NCBI GenBank assembly: GCA_963813715.1
Contig: CAWFAK010000012.1
Span: 96,001-160,000 of the forward strand
DNA from: an uncultured Planctomycetaceae bacterium
GTDB lineage: Bacteria > Planctomycetota > Planctomycetia > Planctomycetales > Planctomycetaceae
Length of the DNA stretch: 64,000 nucleotides
Reading direction: 5' to 3'
The notes beneath the pieces were generated by a model. The model ran no database searches, was not told where the DNA came from, and saw only the letters and a program-made list of their open reading frames with translations. The first letter of the stretch is position 1. Each line of letters begins with the position of its first letter. Of the stretch, positions 34,794-44,706 are shown piece by piece. The position numbers and the translations under genes were made by a program.

Positions 34794-35881
34794 ATGATCT
34801 TCGACGCCCATCTGGACATGGCCTGGAACGCCTGCGACTACAATCGCAACCTGATGTTGCCGGTGGCCGAAATTCGGCAATTTGAAAAGCATCTCGCCGG
34901 CGCGTTTCCCGGGCCAAACACCGTTTCGTGGCCCGAGCTGCGGCGTGGCGGCGTGGGTACCGTCGTAGCGACGCTGTTGCCGCGGCTGCACCGCACGAAC
35001 AAGGCGCTCACCTTTTACCAGTCGCGCGAGGCGGCATTCGCAGCGAGCTGCGGGCAGTTGGCTTACTACCGGGCGATGGTCGCGGCCGGACATTTGCGGG
35101 AACTTTCGGATCGCGAAACGCTCGAGGATCACGTGCGAGCCTGGCAGAAGGATTCCGCGCGTGCCCGATCGGCTTCATCCTCAGCATGGAGGGGAGCTGG
35201 TCGATCCTGCGGCCCGAGCACGTCGCCGAGTGGTTCGCGGCCGGCCTCCGCGCCCTCGGTCCGGCCCATTACGGCCCCGATTATTACTGTCACGGCACGG
35301 GGAGCGACGGCGGACTGAAAGAACAGGGGCCCGCGCTGCTCAAAGAAATGGACAAAGTCGGCCTGATCCTCGACGCGACGCACCTCGCCGACAAATCGTT
35401 CTGGCAGGCACTCGACATCTTCGGCGGGCCCGTGCTCGCCAGTCATCACAACTGCCGCACGCTGGTCCCCGGCGATCGCCAGCTCGCCGATGATCAGATC
35501 AAGGCGCTCGTCGCCCGCGGCGCCGTGATCGGAGCTTCGTTCGACAACTGGATGCTCAAGCCCGATTGGATCCGCGGCGTCACCTCGGCCGAGACCGTGT
35601 CGCTCGAGGACGTCGTCAATCACACCGACTACATCTGCCAGCTCGTCGGCAACGCCAAACACTGCGGACTGGGGACCGATCTCGACGGCGGCTTCGGCAC
35701 CGAGCAATCGCCGCACGACCTCGACACGATCGCCAACCTGCCCAAGATCGGCGAGATCCTGGCCCGCCGCGGCTACTCGCAGGACGATATCGACGGCATC
35801 CTCTGGCGGAACTTCTACGACTTCTTCCGGCGTTCGCTGCCGAGCCACCGGCCCCCGGCTAAGCCGTGTCCCGCGCCCTAG
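34794..35881 (+). CDS. Membrane dipeptidase (peptidase M19; frameshift near 35160)
   Basis: IFDAHLDMAWN, ILSMEG, ILDATHL, ASHHNCR, GLGTDLDGGFG. Confidence 0.88.
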
Positions 35882-35907
35882 TTGCGACGAATCCATTTTT
35901 TGCGTGC

Positions 35908-35954
35908 TTGCCCCGTGATCCAATCGACCCTATATTTCGTTAGTTAGCGAAATA
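35908..35954 (+). promoter_or_regulatory. Promoter with overlapping palindromic operator for sdpR-sdpI
   Basis: TTGCCC-17 nt-TATATT; inverted repeat TATTTCG-N8-CGAAATA (35933-35954) over the -10/+1 region. Confidence 0.7.
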
Positions 35955-35980
35955 CAGAACTACATGCCCGGTTCTGACAC

Positions 35981-36268
35981 ATGAACGAAGTCTTTCAGGC
36001 CCTGAGCGACCCCACGCGCCGCGAGATCCTGCGGCTCCTGCAAAGCTCCGACATGACGGCGGGCGAAATCGCGGAGCGGTTCCCGCTGGCCAAGTCGACC
36101 CTCTCGGGCCACTTCAACGTGCTCAAACACGCCGGGCTGATCGTCGCGGAGAAGACCGGCACGACCGTCGTCTACAGCTTGAACGTCTCGGCTGTCGAGC
36201 AGACGCTCACCGCCGTGATGAACCTGCTGGCCGTTGGCAAGAAGACCGCTGCAAAGGCCAAAACATGA
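35981..36268 (+). CDS. sdpR: ArsR-family autorepressor, SdpR-like
   Basis: FQALSDPTRREILRLL..MTAGEIAERF..STLSGHFNVLK; coupled to sdpI. Confidence 0.85.
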   Translation: MNEVFQALSDPTRREILRLLQSSDMTAGEIAERFPLAKSTLSGHFNVLKHAGLIVAEKTGTTVVYSLNVSAVEQTLTAVMNLLAVGKKTAAKAKT

Positions 36269-36948
36269 AGCCCAACTGGCGGATGGAAGTCATTCAGCTT
36301 TTGCCCATTGCGGCGATGTTTCTCGCCGGCGTGCTCTGCTGGCCGTATGCCCCCGATCACATTCCCGCGCACTGGAATTTCCAGGGCCAAGTCGATCGCT
36401 ACGGCGGCAAGTTCGAGGGTTTGTTGCTGTTGCCGCTGGTGGCGCTCGGCCTCTACGGCCTGCTGCGGGTGCTGCCGGCCTTCGATCCGGGGAAGGAGAA
36501 CTATCGCACGTTCCTCGGCGCGTACGACGCGATTCGTCTGACGGTCACGCTGTTCCTGGCCGCCATCTATACGGTCGGCGTGCTGACGGCGTTCGGCTAT
36601 CACGTCAACATGACCACGGTGGTGGGCCTGGCGATGGGCGTGCTGTTCCTCGTCTTGGGCAACGTGATGGGGAAAATTCGGCCCAACTGGTTCGTCGGCG
36701 TGCGGACCCCGTGGACTCTCTCGAGCAAGCTGTCCTGGACGAAGACGCATCGGCTGGCGGGCTGGCTTTTCATCCTGATGGGCCTCTTTGCGATCGCCTG
36801 GGGAATCACGCAGAACGTGTGGGTCTTCGGCACGATGCTGGCCGTCGACGGGGTGTGCGCGGTCACGATCATGGTCTATTCGTATTTGGTCTATCGTAAA
36901 GATCCCGCGCGGATGTCTCCGGCCGACACGCGGCCCGTCGCGGAATAG
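36265..36948 (+). CDS. sdpI: SdpI-family immunity membrane protein (DUF1648 plus SdpI)
   Basis: IPAHWNFQGQVDRYG, RPNWFVGVRTPWTL..WTKTHRLAG. Confidence 0.9.
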   Translation: MKPNWRMEVIQLLPIAAMFLAGVLCWPYAPDHIPAHWNFQGQVDRYGGKFEGLLLLPLVALGLYGLLRVLPAFDPGKENYRTFLGAYDAIRLTVTLFLAAIYTVGVLTAFGYHVNMTTVVGLAMGVLFLVLGNVMGKIRPNWFVGVRTPWTLSSKLSWTKTHRLAGWLFILMGLFAIAWGITQNVWVFGTMLAVDGVCAVTIMVYSYLVYRKDPARMSPADTRPVAE

Positions 36949-37166
36949 ACGGCAATCCTTCGCGCGCGGAGTGCATCCGCGCGGGTCGCAGTTCGGAGCG
37001 CCGATCCGCGCCGGCACCGATTGCCTAATCCGCAGAGCTTGCGCGACCGATACAGGATAAGTACGAGCGCGGCCTGCGTCAGGGGGCGCATTGCGGGTCG
37101 GGGGGTCGTCTCATCTCCGCCGTCGGCTGAACGCTCGACAATTCTTCATGGGCGGAAGGGAATCCG

Positions 37167-40100
37167 ATGGCTGCGGTCTCGGAGTCGTTGCATCGCGCGA
37201 TCAAGCATCACGAAGCGGGCGAAATCGAGCAGGCCGAGGCCCTTTATCGCGAGATCGTTCGCGTCGACCCGGGACATGCCGACGCCCTGCACCTCTTGGG
37301 CGTGGCCGCTCATCAGAAGTCCGATCACCCGAAGGGCGTGCATTTCATTCGCCAGGCGATCGCCAAGAGCGGCGGCTCGGCGTTGTACTACAGCAACCTG
37401 GGCGCGTGTTACCGCGCGCTCAACCGGATTGATGCCGCCATCGACGCCTTTCGCGAAGCCGTTCGGCTGCAGCCCGGCTTCTTCGGCGCACGGTACAACC
37501 TGGCGATGGCCCTCGAAGCGGCCGGCCGTCCCTATGAAGCCCTGCAAGCGTACGACGAAGTCCTCCGCATCAATTCCGGCTACGTGGAAGCGCTCAACAA
37601 CCGCGGAGCCCTGCTCTCCTCGTTGGGACGTGCGGAAGAGGCTGTTGCAAGTTATCGCCGCGCCGTCGAGTGCCGTCCGCGCTCAGCCAGCCTGCACTAC
37701 AACCTGGCCAACGCCCTTTCGCGGTGCGGGCAGTTCGAGCCGGCCGTCGCCGCCTATCGCGAAGCTCTGCGACTCGACGGGTCCGTTCCTGAGGCCTACA
37801 ACAACCTGGCCACCGCGCTCGACGCGCTGGGCCGTAGCGAAGAAGCCCTGCAGGCGATCGATCAGGCCCTGGCTTTGCGCCCGGATTACTCCGAAGCCCG
37901 GCTCAATCAGTCGACCATTCAACAGGCGATCCGCGAACGGGAAGTGGCCAGTGTGATCGACCCGGACACGCCGGCGCTTGCCAGTGTGCCGGTCGCGTCG
38001 AATCCCGCACAGTGGTGCGCCCGCGGCGGGCAGTTGCAGGCCATCGGTCAATTTGAAGAGGCCGACGCGCTCTTCCGGCATGCGCTCGAGGTCGATGCGA
38101 ACTGCGCGGCCGCCTACTTCGGCTTGGGTTTCAGCCTGCTGGCCGTCGAGCAGCACGAAGAATCGGCCGCCTATTACGAACAGGGGCTGTTGATCGACGA
38201 CACCGACGGGACCGCCTGGAACAACCTGGGCTCGGCCTACACTTCGCTCGAAAAGTACGAAGAGGCCATCGCCTGCTACGAGAGCGCGCTGCAGATCGAC
38301 GCAGCCAACGCTAAGGCACACTTCAACCTAGGCAACGTCTACAAGGATCTCGGGCAGCCGACCGAGGCCTCAGCTTGTTATCGGCGGGCGCTCTACGTCG
38401 AGCCTGGTCTGACCGAAGCGCACATCAACCTGGGCGTCGTCCTGCAGCAGCTGGGCCGTTTGGATGACGCGCTGGCGAGCCACGATCGGGCCGTCGAGCA
38501 GCGCCGCGAAGATGCCGAGGCTCACTTCCACCGCGCGGGTACGCTACTGATGAAGGGCGATTACGCCCGCGGCTGGGACGAATACGAGTGGCGATGGCGC
38601 TACGACCTGACGCCCCGCACGTTCGCCGCTCCGGCCTGGAACGGCGAGGACCTGGCCGACCAGACGCTTTTGATTCACGGCGAACAGGGAGTTGGCGATG
38701 AAATTTTCTTCGCCTCGTGCGTTCCCGACGTGCTGGCCTTGTCGCGGCAATGCCTGATCGAATGCGATCCGCGCCTGGTCCCTCTCTTTGCCCGTTCGTT
38801 CCCGCTCGCCGAAGTCGTTGCGCGACCCCTCTCGAATGACGAGGCCGATCTAGCCGGTATCACCGCCCATTCTCCGGCAGGCAGCTTGCCGCGATTCCTG
38901 CGGCGTACGTCAGCCGATTTCCCCAAGCGGCTGCGGTACCTGGCGGCTTGCCCCAAGCAGCGGCGAGACTGGAGCCGCCGCCTGGCCGAGCTGGGTCACG
39001 GTCTGAAGGTCGGCATTTCGTGGCGCGGCGGCGGCAAAGCCATTCAGCTGCGTCGCCGCTCGACGGCCCTCGCGCAGTGGCAGCCGGTCTTTGCCGTCCC
39101 GGGCGTCAAGTTCGTCGACTTGCAGTACGGCACCACGCCGGCGGAGCTGGTGGAAGCGGCCGGCCTGCTCGACGCTCCGCTGCAGCATTGGGACCACCTG
39201 GATCCACTCAAGGATCTCGACGGCTTCGCCGCGCTTGTCGCCGAATTGGATCTCGTGATCTCGGTCGACAATGCGACGGTCCACATGGCGGGCGCTCTGG
39301 GCGTTCCCGTTTGGAACTTGCTGCCCTTCGCGCCGACGTGGCGGTGGCAGCTCGGACGCGACGAGACTTCGTGGTATCCGTCGATGCGGCTCGTGCGGCA
39401 GCCCAAGCACGGCGACTGGAGTCCCGTTTTCCAGGAAGTGACCGGCCACCTGCGCCTGCTGGCCACGTCTCGCGGCTCGAAGACCGATGCCGGCGCAGTC
39501 GCTATGACACAGCCGGCCAAAGCGGCGCCAGGCTCGACGCCGCCGCCGAGTCTTACGATCTTCGACGCACAGGCCGCCGAGGAGCGGGCGAAGTACGAAC
39601 AGGTCTGGAAGTTCGATCGCTACCGCGACTTCTCGCCCGGAGCAGACGCTCTCGAGCGGCTGCCGTTGCTCGACGCGCTCCGCAATCACAGCGTGCGAAC
39701 AATTCTGGATGCGGGCTGCGGCTCGGGCAAGCTGATGTGGCGGCTGATTAACGAGCACGCCGGCGAATTCGACGTGCACGGCTTCGACATCACCGACAAC
39801 TGCCTCGACCCCTGCTTCGCCGAGATCAAAGAGCAGGTGTTGACGGTGGGCTGCTTGTGGAATCCGGACGATTTCCGCCGCTTGTACGACGCGGTCATCT
39901 GCTGCGACGTAATGGAGCACATCCCCACCGAGCGAGTGCCGGCCGTGCTGGCCAATTTGCATCACAGCAGTCGACGGTTCGCTTTCTTTTCGATCGCCGT
40001 CATCAAGGACGTGTTCGGTCCCCAAATCCTGGGCGAAGCGCTGCACCTGACGGTGCAAAAGCCCGAATGGTGGCTGGCGCGACTCACAGAGGCTGGCTTC

Positions 40101-40175
40101 AAAATCAGCTCGCACGCGCTGGGCATCTCCGGCGACGGCACCGAGGCCCAACTCTACGTCTTCGCCACGCCGTAA
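37167..40175 (+). CDS. TPR-repeat protein with a GT9-like glycosyltransferase domain and C-terminal SAM methyltransferase
   Basis: Many TPRs; GWDEYEWRW, EQGVGDEI, LDLVISVDNATVHMAGALG, WYPSMRL; ILDAGCGSG. Confidence 0.85.
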   Translation: MAAVSESLHRAIKHHEAGEIEQAEALYREIVRVDPGHADALHLLGVAAHQKSDHPKGVHFIRQAIAKSGGSALYYSNLGACYRALNRIDAAIDAFREAVRLQPGFFGARYNLAMALEAAGRPYEALQAYDEVLRINSGYVEALNNRGALLSSLGRAEEAVASYRRAVECRPRSASLHYNLANALSRCGQFEPAVAAYREALRLDGSVPEAYNNLATALDALGRSEEALQAIDQALALRPDYSEARLNQSTIQQAIREREVASVIDPDTPALASVPVASNPAQWCARGGQLQAIGQFEEADALFRHALEVDANCAAAYFGLGFSLLAVEQHEESAAYYEQGLLIDDTDGTAWNNLGSAYTSLEKYEEAIACYESALQIDAANAKAHFNLGNVYKDLGQPTEASACYRRALYVEPGLTEAHINLGVVLQQLGRLDDALASHDRAVEQRREDAEAHFHRAGTLLMKGDYARGWDEYEWRWRYDLTPRTFAAPAWNGEDLADQTLLIHGEQGVGDEIFFASCVPDVLALSRQCLIECDPRLVPLFARSFPLAEVVARPLSNDEADLAGITAHSPAGSLPRFLRRTSADFPKRLRYLAACPKQRRDWSRRLAELGHGLKVGISWRGGGKAIQLRRRSTALAQWQPVFAVPGVKFVDLQYGTTPAELVEAAGLLDAPLQHWDHLDPLKDLDGFAALVAELDLVISVDNATVHMAGALGVPVWNLLPFAPTWRWQLGRDETSWYPSMRLVRQPKHGDWSPVFQEVTGHLRLLATSRGSKTDAGAVAMTQPAKAAPGSTPPPSLTIFDAQAAEERAKYEQVWKFDRYRDFSPGADALERLPLLDALRNHSVRTILDAGCGSGKLMWRLINEHAGEFDVHGFDITDNCLDPCFAEIKEQVLTVGCLWNPDDFRRLYDAVICCDVMEHIPTERVPAVLANLHHSSRRFAFFSIAVIKDVFGPQILGEALHLTVQKPEWWLARLTEAGFKISSHALGISGDGTEAQLYVFATP

Positions 40176-40407
40176 CGAACGATGCCTCGAAAGACTTTGC
40201 CTTCGCAAATTCCTTCGCTCCCGAAGCAATTTTTCCCCTTCTTTCGAGCGCCGCGCATCCGCTGCCACGAAGGTCACTTCATTCGCCGGAGGCTTTAACG
40301 CCGATACAGATTAAGCCGTTTCGTCGACCGGACTTTGGCGTGTCAGGGCCGGCCTGCGAGCGGATGTTCGCTGACCGTCGCGCACGTGAACTATCGCGGG
40401 AACAAAT

Positions 40408-43004
40408 ATGGCGGTTGCCGCTTCCGATCTTCTGCAGACCGCGTTTGAGCACCATCGCGACGGCGACCTGTCCGGAGCGGAGGCCGCCTGCCGCGAGACG
40501 CTCCGCGTCCATCCGCGTCATGCCGACGCGCTGCACCTCTTGGGCGTGATCGCCTTTCAGAAGCAAGAGCACGTGACGGCCGTCGATCGCATCGGCCAGG
40601 CCATCGACGCGGATCCGGGGCGAGCCGAGCTCTACAACAGCCTTGGAAACGTTTATCGCGCGCTCGACTGCCCGGTCGAAGCGCTAGCTGCGTTTCGTCG
40701 GGCCCTGCAGCTCCGACCCGATTTTTCGATCGCCTATTTCAACCTGGGGGTCGTGCTGAGTGAGCAAGGCCAGCAAACGGGCGCGATCGACTGCTTCGAG
40801 CGGGCCGCACAGCTCGACCCCAAGAATCTTCCCGCCTGGATGAACCTGGGCTCGGCCCTGCTGGAACGCGGCGAACTCGACGACGCGGCGGCCTGCTTCG
40901 AGTGCCTGTTGGAACTTGATGCGAATCATCCTGCGGCACTGGCTCAACTCGGCCGTTGCCGCGCCCGCGGCGGGCACACTGCTGAGGCGATTTCAGCCTA
41001 CGAACGGGCTCTTGCCCAGGGCAACGATACGGACGAGCTGCTCAAGAGCCTCGCGGAGTGTTACCTGCAGAACGAACGCTCGGCCGATGCGGAAGGCGTC
41101 TATCGACGGGCCCTCGAGCGCAGCCCGCGAGAGGCCAACCTGCTGTTGAACCTGGCGCAAGCGCTCAAGGACCAGAAGAAGTTCGACGAAGCCATCGACT
41201 GCTATCGTCGCGGCCTGAGCCTCGATCCGCAAAATGCCAACGCCCATTATGCGCACGCCCGCGCGCTGCATCTGAGCGAGCGCTTCGAGGAAGCGATTAG
41301 CAGCTATCGCCAGGCGATCGCCCTAGGCTCGAAGGAGCGGCAGGCGCTCTACCATCTGGGGAACGCCTGTAAATCGGTGAAGCGGTTGAGCGAAGCTGTT
41401 GAAGCGTATCTGGCCACGCTCGAGCGCGACGCCGACTTCCTCCCCGCGATGTATCAACTGGGGAACGCCTACCGGCAGCTGTTCGATCTCGACAGTGCTC
41501 GGCGGTGCTACGAAAAGGTCCTCGCGAAAAAGCCCGACGATCTCACGGTGCTGGTGGCGCTGGGCAACGTGCTGAAAGAGCAGGACGACCAGGTCGGGGC
41601 CGCGGCCGCTTATCGCAAGGTGATTCGCCACGTGCAGGGCGAACCGCTCTGGGAGCTGTGGCTGGACACGTTGTGCCCGGTGGTCTTTCACAGCACAGTT
41701 GGCATCGACCAGTATCGGGCGCGGCTGCTGGCTCGCTTCGAGGAATTTGCGACGAAAAACCTGGCGATCACGCCGTCTGTCATCGCCGGCCAGGGCTGCC
41801 CGCCGTCGTACACGCTGCAGTTCCATGGTCGTGACAATCGTCCGCTCAAAGAGGCCTACGCCCGGATCTTCGGTGGGCTGGCCGAAGCGGGCGGGGGCTA
41901 CGATCGTTGGTGGCTGCGCAGGCAAGCCGCGCGTCGGCTTCGTCGTCACCGACGGGCACGAAGGAGTTTTTCTTCGCTATTTGCAGGGCGTGTTGGAGCG
42001 GCTCGATCGCCGCGAATTTGAGCCGGTCGTGATCTGCTCGGCCGGCGGGCAGCGGCGGATCGAGGCACAGGTTCCAACCGGAGCGTTCGAGACGTTCGTC
42101 ATCCCCAGTCGCTTCGACCGGATCGTGGACCGCATCCGCGAGGGCCGGTTTGCGGTCCTCTACCATTGGGAGATCGGCTCGGACGTCACCAATTATTTTC
42201 TGCCGCTCTGCCGCCTCGCGCCGGTGCAATGCACGGGAGCCGGGCTGCCCGACACGTCGGGGATTCCGCCGGTTGATTACTTCCTGACGAGCAGCGTCTG
42301 CGAGCCGCCGCGCGCCGGAGCGCGCTTACAGCGAACGCGTCATCACCTCCACCTCGCTGCTCACCTGGCAGACGCGGCTCGGCGTCGGCGACAACTCGCG
42401 GACGCCGGTACTCAGGCCGAGCGCCACCGAGCACGTTTATCTCTGCCCGCACAAGATTGAAAAATTCCATCCCGACTTCGACGGCTTGCTCGGCGAAATC
42501 CTCGAGCGCGATCCGCGCGGCACGATCGTCATTCCCCAGGACCGTCACGGCTACGCGGCTCGCAAGCTGCAAAATCGGCTGCGGCTCGCGTTGCGGCACG
42601 TTGCCGAGCGAATCCGCTTTGTGCCCTACCAGTCGATGGACGGATACCTGGGTCTGATCGACGCGGCCGACGTGCTACTCGACCCGATTCATTACGGCGG
42701 CGGACTGACCTCGTTCGACGGTCTGTCGCTCAACAAGCCGATCGTGACGCTGCCCGGTCAGTTCCTCCGCGGCCGCTTCACGGCCGGTTTTTACAACACG
42801 ATGGGTGTGAACGAGTGCATTGCCACGGGCCCGGACGACTATGTTGCGCGGGCGGTGCGACTCGGCACCGATAGCGAATGGCGCCGCCACGTCGTCGAGC
42901 GAATTCAGCAGACGAGCGACGCGCTGTTTGAAACGCCGAGCGCCGTCGCCGAATACAACCGCATCCTCTCACAGCTCGTCGAGGAGGCGGTCCGCCGCGG
43001 CTAG
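40408..43004 (+). CDS. TPR-repeat O-GlcNAc transferase-like protein (GT41/SPINDLY type; frameshifts near 41900 and 42310)
   Basis: TPRs; RLAPVQC..G.PDTSGIP.VDYF; ADVLLDPIHYGGGLT..PIVTLPGQFLRGR. Confidence 0.85.
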
Positions 43005-43027
43005 CGAACCGAAGCCAAGGAATCGGC

Positions 43028-44706
43028 ATGACACCAGCGGTCCGACTTTCGCCCCAGTTGTCTATCCCGGCCGCCTGCGAAACCGCCTCTGCGGACCGTT
43101 GCCGAAAGTCGGCGATTGCCCTGCAAAAGCAGGGGCGTCTCGACGACGCGATCCGTCTCTATCTCCGCGGCTTGGCGCTCGATCCTCGCGACGCGGCCGG
43201 CTACCGCTGCCTGGGAACGGCGTATAAGCAGCAGGCCAAGCTCGATCTGGCGGCGGCTTGTTTTCGTCGGGCCGTCGAGCTCTGTCCGGCCTTTCCCGAA
43301 GCTTGGAACAACCTGGGCAACACGCGACTCGAGCAGGGCGACCCGGCTCAAGCCGCCGAGTGCTTTGCCCGCGCGTGCCACATCCAGCCCGATTTTGCCG
43401 GGGCGCACTTCAACAGCGTGCAAGCGCTCGACGCGTTGGGCCGGTTCGACGCGGCGATTGCTGCCGGCCGCCGGGCGCTTGAGTTGCGCCGCGCAGCGCC
43501 GAATTCTGCAACGGCCTGGGGATAGCGCTCTTCGGCGCCCAGCGCGTCGACGAAGCAATCGTCTATTACGATCAGGCGTTGGCCCTGCGGCCCGGCTATG
43601 CGGCCGCCCACTACAACCGCAGTCTGGCTTGGCTGACAAAGGGAGACTTCGCTCGCGGTTGGAGCGAGTACGAATGGCGCTGGCAGCTGCCCGGAGTGAC
43701 GCATACGCCGCATCGCCAGCCCCGTTGGGACGGCAGCGTCGCGCCCCACGCCACCATCCTGCTCGACGCCGAACAGGGTTTAGGCGACACGATTCAATTC
43801 GCGCGCTACGCTCCGCTGGTGAAGTCGCGAGTTGGGCGAGTGATCCTGCGTTGCCAGAAGCCGCTAGTCGGACTCTTGCGTTCGCTGGCAGGCGTCGACG
43901 TGTTGCTCACGCAGGAGGATGCATTGCCGGAGTTCGACGCGTGGCTGCCGCTCCTGAGCGTGCCGCAGTTCTTCACGCCGTCGACCGAGTCAATTCCCGG
44001 CACCGTTCCGTATCTTTCGCCCGACGAATCGCACGTTCGTTTCTGGCAGGCGCGGATCGAGGGCTACGCCGGTTTGCGCGTCGGCATTCACTGGCAGGGG
44101 AATCCGGCCTTTCCGAAGGACCGCTTTCGTTCGATGCCCCTGTCCTGCTTCGAACCCTTGGCTAAGCTGCCCGGTGTGCGGCTCTTCAGCCTGCAGAAAG
44201 GAACTGGAACCGAGCAGCTCGCGCAGCGCTCGGCGACTTTTCCGGTCGTCGATTTCGGCCTCACGCTTAGTGAAATTCACGGTCCATTTCTCGATACGGC
44301 CGCGATCTTGCGCTGCCTGGACGCGGTGGTCACGTCCGACACGTCGCTCGCCCATTTGGCCGGCGCTTTGGGAGTTGAGACCTGGCTGGCCGTGCCGCAC
44401 GTTCCCGAATGGCGCTGGCTGTTGGAGCGCGAGAACACGCCCTGGTATCCGTCGCTGCATCTGGTGCGGCAGCCGGAAGTCGGCCAGTGGGGCGGCGTGT
44501 TCACGCGAATTACAGCCGCCATTCGTCAGCGCGGTGCACTCGCCGCGGAAAAGTCTCGCTGCTTCCCGGAATCTGCCCGACTTGCCCACTCGGTAAAACC
44601 CAAAATTCAAGCCAGACTTGCGCCCGGCCGATACCATCCGATGCGGCTGCGTCTCGGCCGCAGACGGGCCGCATTGCGCCGCGACCGTATTCCAGGGTGG
44701 CTTTGA
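43028..44706 (+). CDS. TPR-repeat protein with a GT9-like glycosyltransferase domain (frameshift near 43520; 3' end uncertain)
   Basis: TPRs; GWSEYEWRW, EQGLGDTIQFARY, DTSLAHLAGALG, PWYPSL. Confidence 0.82.
44607..44634 (+). promoter_or_regulatory. Sigma-28 (FliA)-like promoter for fliD
   Basis: TCAA-16 nt-GCCGATAC upstream of fliD. Confidence 0.55.
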
